A stretch of DNA of 64,000 nucleotides from Spirochaetota bacterium (GTDB taxonomy: Bacteria > Spirochaetota > UBA4802 > UBA5550), in NCBI GenBank assembly GCA_963663865.1, contig OY760686.1:1408001-1472000 (forward strand). Direction: 5' to 3'. This document shows positions 52,001 to 61,196 of the stretch, one piece after another. The position numbers and the translations under genes are program-made. The notes beneath the pieces were generated by a model. It was not told the origin of the DNA. It searched no databases and worked only from the letters and a program-made list of their open reading frames with translations. Every line of letters begins with the position of its first letter. Positions within the stretch are counted from its first letter, which is position 1.

Positions 52001-55000
52001 CGACAGAATACACGCTGTCATAAAGGCGACGGGCGCCAGCTCAGACGGAAAGGGGAAGGCAATTGCTGCTCCGAACCCTGCAGGCCAGGAATACGCGCTC
52101 AACCGTTGCTTTGAAAACATGCTGGATAACACCAGGATATCCGATGTTGATTTCATTGAATGTCATGGAACTTCCACTTTGATGGGCGACCTCGTTGAAA
52201 CGCAGACTGTAAAGAAGGTTTACAATACAGGAAAGGACGTTTACGTCAGTTCCGTAAAATCACAGATAGGCCACCTTCTGGGAGGGGCAGGCTCTGCCGG
52301 TATGCTGAAGCTCGTCATGGCTCTGAAGAACAAAATCCTTCCCCCAAACGGCCAGTTTAAAAAGCACTCACCCCGCCTTGAAATAGAGGGCACTCATATT
52401 AAGGTGGTAACTGACGCACTCGAATGGAAGAAAGCAGAAGGCCCGAGAATTGGAGCTATCAGTTCATTCGGTTTCGGCGGGATAAACTATCACTGCGTAG
52501 TCCAGGAGTTTACTGAAGGCTATACTAAGATCAGAAGGCGCATATTCTCGGAACCGTCATTCAACTACAACATGAACCGAGTGGTCATAACCGGTGTGGG
52601 AGTCAAGCTTCCCGGAGCTGAGAGCGTCGAAGAGATGTGGGCGGTTCTCGATTCCGGAAAGAGCGTGCTCGGGGCTATTCCGGAGGCCCGCTATCACGCT
52701 GAGGCTTTCACAACAGAAGAGGACTCTTTGTTCCGCCTCGCTCCCGTAAAAGCGGGTGTCATCACGGGAGATGTTGACAGCAAATCCTACCGCGTCCCTC
52801 CGGCTGCTGCAAGGGTCATTGACAGAGGACAGTTCTACGCTCTTGAGGCGGCGGGAAGGGCAATGAAGCAGTGCGGTCTTGACAAAAAGCTCGATAAGGG
52901 AAACAAAATCGCAGCAGTGTTCGGCGCCCTGACCGGCGAGATGCTGATGGAGAATGTTATACGAATCAGAATTCCGCTGCTGCAGGAGGCAATCCATTCT
53001 GTTAAGGGGCTCAGCGATTCTCTGAAAAACTCCATCTCGGAAAAGATTGCCGAGAGCCTGAAGGAGAGATACGCGGCGATAAACGAAGACACCGTTCCGG
53101 GCATGCTCAGCAACATCATAAGCGGAAGAGTCGCAAACTTCTACGGACTTAACGGAGCCAACTTCATAGTTGATGCTGGAAGCATGTCATCCGCTGTAGC
53201 GTGCAATCTCGCCATGAAGGGGCTGCAGTCAGGGGAATACGACTTCGCTCTTGCCGGCGGTGTTGAGTCCAACATTTCGGCCCCGACTATGAGGGCCTTC
53301 CAGAGAATGGGCATTATCGGCGAAAATGGCGGCTCAATCTTTGACGGGAAATCAACAGGAACAAGCCTGTCCGAGGGGGCTGTGGTTTTCGCGCTCACTA
53401 CTCTTGAAAAGGCCCTTGAGAACAACATGCCTGTTCTCGGGGAGATCAACGGCATAGCCATTGACAGCTCGGCGGGCGCCCGCTCGGGAGAGCTTTCAAC
53501 GGAAGCTCTTGTACGTTCAATGAATGACTCATTGAACAATTCTCCTCTGAAAAAGGAAGACATATCATATATTGACATATATGGGGCTTCAAGAGCGGAA
53601 TCAGATAAAAACGAAATAGCTGCCGTCGAGAGGGTTTTCGGAGCTAAGGCGGCTGTCGGAAGCTCAAAGCCGGTATTCGGCTATCTGAGATCAGCAAGCC
53701 CGGCTTTCGCAATCGCCAAGCTCATCGGCGCGAGGAAGTTCGGGAAAACACCGGGTTTCAATGCTATTAAACCCGGCGCTGCGCTGCTCAAGGCATCGTC
53801 AGCTAAAATTGAAGGCGCAATGTCGATAGGCAAACATGATTACGCTGCCGCAAATATATTCGGAATCGGCGGCAATCACGGATTTGTTGTTACGGGCGCT
53901 GTCCCTGACTGGGCTATGAAAAAGACAAGACAGTTTCCGGCCGGCGCTGTTGTGCCGAGGCCTGTCCCTCTTGCCGCTCAGCCGTCAGTAAGGGGAGGCG
54001 GAGATAAAATAACGGCGCTTCTATCCGGCCAGGGCGCTCAGCGTTCGGGCATGATGAAGGAACTCTATGAGTCTGTTTCAATTATCAGAGATACCCTTGA
54101 CCGTGGAAACGAGATATTCAGGAAGGAGCGTGGACAAAACCTCCTCGATATCATGTTCGGTGATGATCCCTCAATTAACTCGACTGAGATTACTCAACCC
54201 GCGGTATTCCTTTCGTCAGCGGCACTCTATGATTACGCCGCTTCGTCAGGGTTCTCGCCTGATTACTTCATCGGCCACAGCCTCGGCGAAATCACGGCTC
54301 TTTACTGCTCGGGAATTCTCGCTTTTGAGGATGCCATGAGGCTTGTAATAAAGCGTTCTGAGCTTATGAAGGCTGACGCCGAAAGAACAGCCGGAAGGAT
54401 TATGGTTCTGTTCAAGGGATGGGAGGAGTCTCAGGGGCTGATAGATGAATCCGGAATAAAGAACGTGTTTGTGGCCAACAAAAACAGCGAGGTCCAGACG
54501 GCTGTTTCAGGAGCGGCGGGGGATATAGACTCGTTCATGTCATATCTCAAGCAGAAGAACGTCACTTTTAAAGCACTGAACCTGTCCGGAGCGTTCCATA
54601 CTCCTTTCTATGCTCAGGCTTCGGACTCTATAAGGTTGTTCCTTAAAGATGTAAAATTCAAATCCGCTGATTACACAAAGGTAATATCAAATGTGACAGG
54701 ACTCCCTTATCCGCAAAACGAGGATGGGGTAAAGGACCTTGTAGCGAGACAGATCGTTTCGCCGGTGAACTTCATTCAGTCGGTCGGTTACGCTTTTAAC
54801 AATGGAAGCGGGCACTTCGTTGAGTTCGGCCCCGGCAGGCTTCTTGTAAACCTTCTTAAGAATATCACCCTCAATTACAGGACTGTGGAATCCGCGGTTG
54901 ATGTTAAAGCAGGCGAGCTTGCCTCACTCCGTTCATTAGATTCACACCTGAAGTCTCTGACAGGCGGGGCGGCATCTTCTGCGGCGTCGATTGCATCAGA

Positions 55001-58000
55001 CAGCAGCGACCCGGAGTTCAAGAGATTCCTTGAGGAAAAGAAAGACGAGATTAACACCTTGCTTGCCAACGAGTTTAATAAGTACAAAATGGAAGATGCC
55101 GGCAACGCGGTGAAGCGCTTCGGCTTCTACACCGGGAAAATTGTTGTTTCCGGCGCGGCAATAGGACTTCCGGGCTCCGCCAACAGGGTATTTGCCGAGA
55201 ATAACTTTGACCGTATCATCGCAGGCGAGAACTTTATTGATTCGCTCACCGCACAAGATAAGGCAGAGATGCTTAATAAAAACATCGTCAGGGTATATAA
55301 GGATCCTGCCGGCAACGCTAAGTTTATTCAGATCAGCAAAGAGGAAGAGGTTATTCAGCTTGCGGGAAAGCTCGGCTATTTCAGCCTCGCCAATGACTAC
55401 GGGATCGACTTTGAGCACGACTACCCCGAGGCGCTTGCCATGGCAGCGGGAATAGAGGCTCTGAAAGACGCGGGCATCCCGCTGGTACAGGGATTCAAAA
55501 AAGCCTCCAATGGCGCCATGATTCCAGGAGCCTATGAACTGCCGCAGGAAATGCAGGACCGCACGGGGGTAATATGCACCTCTGTATTTGCCGGACTTGA
55601 GACGTTTTCGAAGGAGCTCAGGGCTTACTATGAGCACAGGTTCCTCACTGAGCCATATGAAGAGTTCAAGAAGATGTACTACTTCATGATGGAGAAGATA
55701 TCCGATACCGGAGTCAAAGACAGGCTTACCGAATGGTTCTCGTCGCTCAGAAAGGCCGGAAGCGAAAAGGCTTACAACTTCGACAGAACCATTCTGTTCA
55801 AGATTATTAACCTCGCGCCAGCCCACTTTGCCCAGCACATTAAAGCAAAGGGGCCGAACACGCATACAAGCGCAGCCTGCGCTTCTACAACACAGGCGAT
55901 ATGTATCGCTGAAGACTGGATAAGGACCGGACGCTGCGACAGGGTTATTCTTATTGGCGGAGAAGCGGCGAATGGGGAAGGACAGGGACAGTGGATACAG
56001 TCCGGATTTTTAGCCCTCGGGGCCGCAACGGTTAAGAAGACAGTGCAGGAAGCGGCAAAGCCCTTTGACGAAGACCGCAATGGAACGATTGTCGGAAGCG
56101 GAGCAGTGGCCCTAATCATTGAGAAGGAAGAATGCGCCGTCAGACGCGGTCAAAAAGGACAGGCCGAGATTCTCGGTACATATTTCGGCAACAGCGCCTT
56201 CCACGCGACCAGAATTGACGTTGAACATGTCGCCAGAGAAATGAAGAATGCTGTAATTCAGATTGAGAAGCGTCATGGCCTTAACCGTGACGATTACGCA
56301 AGGCACATGGTTTTCATGTCGCATGAGACGTATACTCCGGCAAGAGGCGGAAGCGCGTCGGCAGAGGTAATGGCCCTGAGAGAAGCCTATCCTCAGCATT
56401 ACAGAGAAATAACAATAACCAACACAAAGGGATTTACGGGACATACCCTGGGCGCGGGAATAGAGGACGCCATACTCATCAAGGCGCTTTTAAAAGGGAA
56501 AGTGCCTCCTATTGCGAACCTTGTCAAGATTCCGCAGGAGTTTGCTGACCTTAAGTTCAGCAAGGGAGAACCGGGAGATTACAGATACGGTATGCACTTT
56601 GGTGCCGGCTTCGGTTCTCACTTTGCCTTTGCCCTGATTAAAAAAGGCCAGGAGAACTGTTTCGAGAATAACCCTGAATATACCAGGTGGTTGAAGGAGA
56701 TATCCGGAAGCGACAATCCCGAGCTTGTTGTAATGAACGGGGCCCTCTGCATCAAGTCTGCCGGGAAGCCGCTGATGCCGCGCAGGGCACCCGAGGTAAA
56801 AGCTCCGGCGTCTCAGGCTGTACAGACAGCTGTGACAGCGCCATCTGCCCCGGCAGGTGGAGCCGTTCACGCTGTGAAGGAGATCATTTCCGAGTACACC
56901 GGCTATTCTGAGGACATGCTTGATGAGAACCTCGACCTTGAAGGCGACCTCGGCATCGACACAGTTAAGCAGGTCGAGATATTCGGCGCGGTGTCTCAGA
57001 AGTTCGGTTTTGATGTGCCTGAAGACCTTAAACTCGGAGAGCTCAATACGATAGCGAAGCTCGCTGCCTACATCGCGAAGTCCGTTCCCGGACTGGCTGC
57101 TCCGTCAGCTTCGGCGCTGGTTCAGGCAGCAGCCCCCGCAGCAGCGCCTGCATCAGGCGGAGCTGTTCAAGCGGTGAAGGAGATCATTTCCGAGTACACC
57201 GGCTACTCTGAGGACATGCTTGATGAGAACCTCGACCTTGAAGGCGATCTTGGCATCGACACAGTGAAGCAGGTCGAGATATTCGGAGTGGTGTCTCAGA
57301 AGTTCGGCTTTGATGTGCCAGAAGACCTTAAACTCGGAGAGCTCAATACGATAGCGAAGCTTGCTGCATATATCGCGCAGGCCGTTCCCGGACTCGCTGT
57401 TGCTCCGTCACCATCGGCGCCGGTTCAGGCAGCAGCCCCCGCGGCAGCGCCTGCATCAGGCGGAGCTGTTCAAGCGGTGAAGGAGATTATTTCTGAGTAC
57501 ACCGGCTACGAGGTGGAGATGCTGGATGAGACACTTGACCTTGAAGGCGACCTCGGCATCGACACAGTAAAGCAGGTCGAGATATTCGGCGCGGTGTCAC
57601 AGAAGTTCGGATTTGACGTGCCGGAAGACTTGAAGTTAGGCGAGCTCAATACGATAGCAAAGCTTGCTGCATATATAGCGCAGGCTGTTCCCGGACTTGC
57701 TGTTGCTCCGTCAGTTTCGGCGCCGGTACAGGCAGCAGCGCCTGCGTCAGGCGGAGCTGTTCAAGCGGTGAAGGAGATTATATCGGAGTACACCGGCTAT
57801 GAGGTGGAAATGCTGGATGAGACACTTGACCTTGAAGGCGATCTCGGCATCGACACAGTCAAGCAGGTCGAGATATTCGGCGCGGTGTCACAGAAGTTCG
57901 GCTTTGATGTTCCTGAAGATCTTAAACTCGGCGAGCTCAATACGATAGCGAAGCTTGCTGCATATATAGCGCAGGCCGTTCCCGGACTCGCTGTTGCTCC

Positions 58001-61000
58001 GTCAGCATCGGCGCAGGTTCAGGCAGCAGCCCCCGCGGTAGCGCCTGCATCGGGTGGAGCTGCTCAAGCGGTGAAGGAGATTATATCGGAGTATACCGGC
58101 TATGAGGTGGAGATGCTGGATGAGACCCTTGACCTTGAAGGCGACCTCGGCATCGACACAGTTAAGCAGGTCGAAATATTCGGCGCGGTGTCTCAGAAGT
58201 TCGGCTTTGACGTGCCGGAAGACCTTAAACTCGGCGAGCTCAATACGATAGCGAAGCTCGCTGCATACATCGCGCAGGCCGTTCCCGGACTCGCTTCTGC
58301 TCCGTCAGCTTCAGCGCCGGTTCAGGCAGCAGCCCCCGCTGCAGCAGCACCTGCATCAGGCGGAGCGGCTCAAGCGGTGAAGGAGATTATATCGGAGTAC
58401 ACCGGCTATGAGGTGGAGATGCTGGATGAGACCCTTGACCTTGAAGGCGACCTCGGCATCGACACGGTCAAGCAGGTCGAGATATTCGGCGCGGTGTCAC
58501 AGAAGTTCGGCTTTGATGTTCCTGAAGACCTTAAACTCGGCGAGCTCAATACTATAGCGAAGCTTGCGGCTTACATCGCGAAAGAGGTTCCGGGCGCCGG
58601 TGCAGCAGTTCAGCCATCTGCGGCAGAACAGCCCGCTGTAGCGGTTGCAACTGAGGCTGGCGGATCGGGAATAAAGCGCTTTGAGGTCGGAATAGCTGAG
58701 GCGGCACCTGTTTCACAGAAGGTGAAAGACCTCAAAGGGAAGACCTATCTTGTAACGCTTGATAAATCCGGATTTTCAGACCGGGTAACTAAAAGGCTCA
58801 AAGCAATGGGCGCAAAGGTTGTAACTCTTGGAGTTAAAGGCGCCGACTACAATTCTATGGGCAGCTTCGAGAAGCTTGAGTCTGACATCAGGGCCATTGC
58901 ATCAGATGAAAGCCTGTACGGAGTTATTCACTGCGCACCTGTTGCCTGGGCAGGCAAGCCTGCTGATGAAGAGTCGATAAATGTTTCAGTCAAAAGTCTG
59001 TTCCTTATAATAAAGGGGCTCTACGGGCTGCTGAACAGAAAGGGAGGAATCATTGCAGCTCCCGCATTTGACTCTGTTGTGTTCCCGTATTCAGGAGAAG
59101 AGGCATCCATCTCGCCGGTTTCAGGAGGAGTGGCAGGAATGCTGAAGACCGCTTCAAAGGAGATGAAGGACACGGCCTGCAAGGTCGTTGACTTCAGCTT
59201 CAGGAAAGCCGGCGAGAGCTTTGACATAGCTGCCGATATCTTCATGAACGAAATCTTTTCCGGTGACAGGACAGTTGAAACCGGATACAGGGACGGCGTT
59301 AGATATAAAATATCACTGAAGGAAGCTGCGGCAGTGAAGGGCGATTTCGTACTGAAAGAAGGCGATACCGTCATAGTCACAGGCGGTGCCGGAGGTATTA
59401 CCTTTGAAATGCTCAAGGATATCGCCTCAAGAATTAATGTGAAATTCGTAATACTCGGAAGAAGCCGTATCGACGGTATTGAGCCTGACTTTATGAGGCT
59501 GGAAGCTGATGAGAGGTATATCCTGGGCAAGCTCAAGGACAGAATGCAGGGAGCCAAACCGCTTGAGCTGAAAAAAGAGGCCGGCAGAATAATCCGTGCC
59601 AGATCGGCGGCAGACAATATTGAGACGCTCAGAAAAACCGGATGCGAGGTTGAGTACCATGCCGCGGATGTCGCTGACGCTGTCTCTGTCGAAAAAGCTC
59701 TGAAGGGAATCAAAAATGCCGCTGGAATTATTCACGCGGCTGGAATTGAGGAAAGCCAGTTCATAGAAAAAAAGGAATTCTCCCAGTTCAATCGGGTATT
59801 TGATGTAAAGGTTTACGGTGCCCTTAATATTCTGAAGGCTGTGCCGAAATACAGGTTCCTGGCAACCTTCTCTTCGGTAGCTGCCAGATTCGGGAACGAG
59901 GGGCAGATTGATTACAGTTCAGCAAACGATCTTCTTTCGAAGATAGTTCTGAGAGAGAACCAGCTTAACAGCGGTAAAATATGCAAGATCATTGACTGGA
60001 CAGCCTGGGATGGCGCGGGTATGGCGACAAACGAAACCGTAATGAAGGTCCTGAAGGAGAGAGGCATGAAATTCCTTCCGTTGAAGGAAGGTGTGCGCTT
60101 CTTCATGGATGAGCTGTCAGATCCGAGAAGCATTGAAACCGCGGTAATGGGCCTCGATCTGGAATTCGACCCTGACCGTATTCTTCCGGGATCAGGTTCG
60201 CCGTCGTGCGGAAGATATCCTTTCCTGGGTACGCCAATATCCTCTGACGAAAAAAAAGCCGTCTATTCGCGTGTTCTCGATATAAACACGGACCTCTTCC
60301 TGCTTAATCACTCAAGGGAAGGAGTACCTCTGTTCCTTGGCGCTACCGGGGTTGAATCACTCGCAGAAGCATCTTCAAGGGTTATGCCGGAAGGACGCAG
60401 ACTTATCAGCCTGAAGGACTTCACGATACCCTATGGAATCAAAATTCTGCAGGGACGTCCAAAGGAGATTATGATAGAGGCCGAGGCCCTCGGAGATGAG
60501 GCTGCCTGCCGCATAGTGTCCCAGTTTAAAAACAAGGCCGGCATTGCTATGGGTGACATGACAGTTCATTACAACGGCACATGTGTTTTCAGCGGCGCCG
60601 AAGCGAAGGCAAAGAAGATAAGTCTGCCGGAATTCAAGCCGGTAACTGTTGAAGGAGATTTCCAGGAGCTTATATATCATCCTGAAAGGCTCTTTATGGA
60701 TGGCGTGTTCAGAAGTATTCAGGGAATTCTTTCTTTCGACGGCAAAAAGCTTGTTACGAAGGTGAGAAACCCTCTCAGCGGAGAATTCTTCAGGGGATGC
60801 GTTGAGCCCGAGTTTGTCACAGATCCGGTGCTCGTTGACGCAATGTTCCAGACCGGAGGTGTCGTTGAATTTCTGACTTCCGGGGTCATCATTCTTCCGT
60901 CGTCAATTCGCGTGATGAATTTTTACGCGGGTACTGAGGCGATGAAGGATTACCTGTGCATTACAGAGAAAAAACATGACGGTGAAGAGACGAACACCTT

Positions 61001-61124
61001 CGATCTCTGGCTCACAGACGAAGCGGGAAATGTCTTCGTTGAGGTTCTCGATTTTCAGATGATCAAGATTAAGGGAACATCAGGAGACACAAATCTAAAA
61101 AATAGAATTAGGACGTCGTTCTGA
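49065..61124 (+). CDS. Single-chain Pfa-like iterative type I fatty acid/polyketide megasynthase (ER*-ER-KS-CLF-AT-KS-ACPx6-KR-DH)
   Basis: RBS AGGAGG before ATG 49065. FabK/PfaD-like domains (QGPM, EAGGH); KS with DAACATS/HGTST/GHLLG; Cys-less KS (DAGS); AT with GQGAQ/GHSLG/AFH; second KS with SAACAS/SHETYT/GHTLG; six LGIDT ACPs; KR with TGGAGGI/YSSAN; DH with NHSREG/DAMFQ. Confidence 0.93.
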   Translation: MIKRIINTPLPCMVYNPVKTADASYAVAAYEAGAMPVIDTEFIQTGDVLTLVDQLAARNIIFGVRLFASDTELIGSLSERRIDNLDLVVLAYRRADELSGFDSSMPYRIFIETTDININDKIDSISPQALIVKGFEGAGKVSKYTSYVLLQWYLDKTSYPVVVHGGVGQYTASGMFAAGASGVVLDSQLYLADESPLSDNFRDLLRKVEENSSSVIGKATGIPYRFFAKLGTKIVKELKEKESVLAAEADGSAKLYRLIEEHLTSMNDSSANTLQSLFYLGQDGVFSKNFVKNGTKLKDMLHGFFKTVGENLADIEDYDPIRENTTLAREHGTRFPIVQGPMGNISDSPDFAKNVYDSGALPFFALGNLPVNLAENMVKGGAEKKISFGAGMIGIGAMNKSFQEHIDMVKRHKAPFALFAAGIPAQVLELEAAGTKTYLHTPSMQMLENAMKSGCSRFIFEGNEAGGHVGGQTSMVLWELGMNRLMELDAEKVKNVRAVFGGGIGTSRGSWFVSGMTSCLARKGGMVGIQVGTLYLMTEEIVKTGALSKVYHELILKSCETIVMGETVGLMSRSLPSVFSQKMIENEHQRIRDGLPLGDRKVAFEHDNVGALLVGAKGYRPKFNPDGKVELVKHTEKDQFDMGNFMAGDSIACEDRQINVPEVSDILINRKKGMFANLDRLEVMTSRDSIIHDEIAVIGMGCVLPDAGSPEELWKNILDKKYSITRIDEKRLSSEYYFSEDRKAEGKAYSRIAGQVSNFKFDYRRFGFTSEEAGGLSRSQQMILESAARAADDAGLSKDSIPGNRSAVVIGTCLSSELMNDLLLKYNYPEIKYYIEQIEEFKSLDAKTKKSLLEELKKAVSQGHTAESPEGAMNHMEASRIAEYLGIKGPNYTVDAACATSLAAIDSGIKELRSGKSDLVLAGGINTNLSPESFIGFCKMGALSGEGSYPFDERSGGFVLGEGAGVFVLKRMKDALRDGDRIHAVIKATGASSDGKGKAIAAPNPAGQEYALNRCFENMLDNTRISDVDFIECHGTSTLMGDLVETQTVKKVYNTGKDVYVSSVKSQIGHLLGGAGSAGMLKLVMALKNKILPPNGQFKKHSPRLEIEGTHIKVVTDALEWKKAEGPRIGAISSFGFGGINYHCVVQEFTEGYTKIRRRIFSEPSFNYNMNRVVITGVGVKLPGAESVEEMWAVLDSGKSVLGAIPEARYHAEAFTTEEDSLFRLAPVKAGVITGDVDSKSYRVPPAAARVIDRGQFYALEAAGRAMKQCGLDKKLDKGNKIAAVFGALTGEMLMENVIRIRIPLLQEAIHSVKGLSDSLKNSISEKIAESLKERYAAINEDTVPGMLSNIISGRVANFYGLNGANFIVDAGSMSSAVACNLAMKGLQSGEYDFALAGGVESNISAPTMRAFQRMGIIGENGGSIFDGKSTGTSLSEGAVVFALTTLEKALENNMPVLGEINGIAIDSSAGARSGELSTEALVRSMNDSLNNSPLKKEDISYIDIYGASRAESDKNEIAAVERVFGAKAAVGSSKPVFGYLRSASPAFAIAKLIGARKFGKTPGFNAIKPGAALLKASSAKIEGAMSIGKHDYAAANIFGIGGNHGFVVTGAVPDWAMKKTRQFPAGAVVPRPVPLAAQPSVRGGGDKITALLSGQGAQRSGMMKELYESVSIIRDTLDRGNEIFRKERGQNLLDIMFGDDPSINSTEITQPAVFLSSAALYDYAASSGFSPDYFIGHSLGEITALYCSGILAFEDAMRLVIKRSELMKADAERTAGRIMVLFKGWEESQGLIDESGIKNVFVANKNSEVQTAVSGAAGDIDSFMSYLKQKNVTFKALNLSGAFHTPFYAQASDSIRLFLKDVKFKSADYTKVISNVTGLPYPQNEDGVKDLVARQIVSPVNFIQSVGYAFNNGSGHFVEFGPGRLLVNLLKNITLNYRTVESAVDVKAGELASLRSLDSHLKSLTGGAASSAASIASDSSDPEFKRFLEEKKDEINTLLANEFNKYKMEDAGNAVKRFGFYTGKIVVSGAAIGLPGSANRVFAENNFDRIIAGENFIDSLTAQDKAEMLNKNIVRVYKDPAGNAKFIQISKEEEVIQLAGKLGYFSLANDYGIDFEHDYPEALAMAAGIEALKDAGIPLVQGFKKASNGAMIPGAYELPQEMQDRTGVICTSVFAGLETFSKELRAYYEHRFLTEPYEEFKKMYYFMMEKISDTGVKDRLTEWFSSLRKAGSEKAYNFDRTILFKIINLAPAHFAQHIKAKGPNTHTSAACASTTQAICIAEDWIRTGRCDRVILIGGEAANGEGQGQWIQSGFLALGAATVKKTVQEAAKPFDEDRNGTIVGSGAVALIIEKEECAVRRGQKGQAEILGTYFGNSAFHATRIDVEHVAREMKNAVIQIEKRHGLNRDDYARHMVFMSHETYTPARGGSASAEVMALREAYPQHYREITITNTKGFTGHTLGAGIEDAILIKALLKGKVPPIANLVKIPQEFADLKFSKGEPGDYRYGMHFGAGFGSHFAFALIKKGQENCFENNPEYTRWLKEISGSDNPELVVMNGALCIKSAGKPLMPRRAPEVKAPASQAVQTAVTAPSAPAGGAVHAVKEIISEYTGYSEDMLDENLDLEGDLGIDTVKQVEIFGAVSQKFGFDVPEDLKLGELNTIAKLAAYIAKSVPGLAAPSASALVQAAAPAAAPASGGAVQAVKEIISEYTGYSEDMLDENLDLEGDLGIDTVKQVEIFGVVSQKFGFDVPEDLKLGELNTIAKLAAYIAQAVPGLAVAPSPSAPVQAAAPAAAPASGGAVQAVKEIISEYTGYEVEMLDETLDLEGDLGIDTVKQVEIFGAVSQKFGFDVPEDLKLGELNTIAKLAAYIAQAVPGLAVAPSVSAPVQAAAPASGGAVQAVKEIISEYTGYEVEMLDETLDLEGDLGIDTVKQVEIFGAVSQKFGFDVPEDLKLGELNTIAKLAAYIAQAVPGLAVAPSASAQVQAAAPAVAPASGGAAQAVKEIISEYTGYEVEMLDETLDLEGDLGIDTVKQVEIFGAVSQKFGFDVPEDLKLGELNTIAKLAAYIAQAVPGLASAPSASAPVQAAAPAAAAPASGGAAQAVKEIISEYTGYEVEMLDETLDLEGDLGIDTVKQVEIFGAVSQKFGFDVPEDLKLGELNTIAKLAAYIAKEVPGAGAAVQPSAAEQPAVAVATEAGGSGIKRFEVGIAEAAPVSQKVKDLKGKTYLVTLDKSGFSDRVTKRLKAMGAKVVTLGVKGADYNSMGSFEKLESDIRAIASDESLYGVIHCAPVAWAGKPADEESINVSVKSLFLIIKGLYGLLNRKGGIIAAPAFDSVVFPYSGEEASISPVSGGVAGMLKTASKEMKDTACKVVDFSFRKAGESFDIAADIFMNEIFSGDRTVETGYRDGVRYKISLKEAAAVKGDFVLKEGDTVIVTGGAGGITFEMLKDIASRINVKFVILGRSRIDGIEPDFMRLEADERYILGKLKDRMQGAKPLELKKEAGRIIRARSAADNIETLRKTGCEVEYHAADVADAVSVEKALKGIKNAAGIIHAAGIEESQFIEKKEFSQFNRVFDVKVYGALNILKAVPKYRFLATFSSVAARFGNEGQIDYSSANDLLSKIVLRENQLNSGKICKIIDWTAWDGAGMATNETVMKVLKERGMKFLPLKEGVRFFMDELSDPRSIETAVMGLDLEFDPDRILPGSGSPSCGRYPFLGTPISSDEKKAVYSRVLDINTDLFLLNHSREGVPLFLGATGVESLAEASSRVMPEGRRLISLKDFTIPYGIKILQGRPKEIMIEAEALGDEAACRIVSQFKNKAGIAMGDMTVHYNGTCVFSGAEAKAKKISLPEFKPVTVEGDFQELIYHPERLFMDGVFRSIQGILSFDGKKLVTKVRNPLSGEFFRGCVEPEFVTDPVLVDAMFQTGGVVEFLTSGVIILPSSIRVMNFYAGTEAMKDYLCITEKKHDGEETNTFDLWLTDEAGNVFVEVLDFQMIKIKGTSGDTNLKNRIRTSF
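56857..58592 (+). repeat. Six tandem ~300-bp ACP-coding repeats with Ala/Pro-rich linkers
   Basis: Near-identical AVKEIISEYTGY...DLGIDTVKQVEIFG...LNTIAKLAAYIA units; Thr codons at 56961, 57261, 57564, 57855, 58158 and 58464. Confidence 0.97.
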
Positions 61125-61134
61125 TTGAAACGTG

Positions 61135-61180
61135 ACGGGGATCATCCTGCCCGATTTTTGGCGGGGGGATGATGTCCCGG
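61135..61180 (+). other. Imperfect GC-rich hairpin between the megasynthase gene and birA
   Basis: CGGGGATCATCCTGCC...GGCGGGGGGATGATGTCCCG. No poly-T tail, so more likely a stability or processing element than a terminator. Confidence 0.4.
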
Positions 61181-61196
61181 AAAACCGGAGGCGGCA

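Noticed and set aside
54996-55865. 289-aa minus-strand ORF (also 59021-59713 and other antisense ORFs) inside the megasynthase
   Set aside because: Antisense shadows of a strongly supported gene, with no recognisable motifs.
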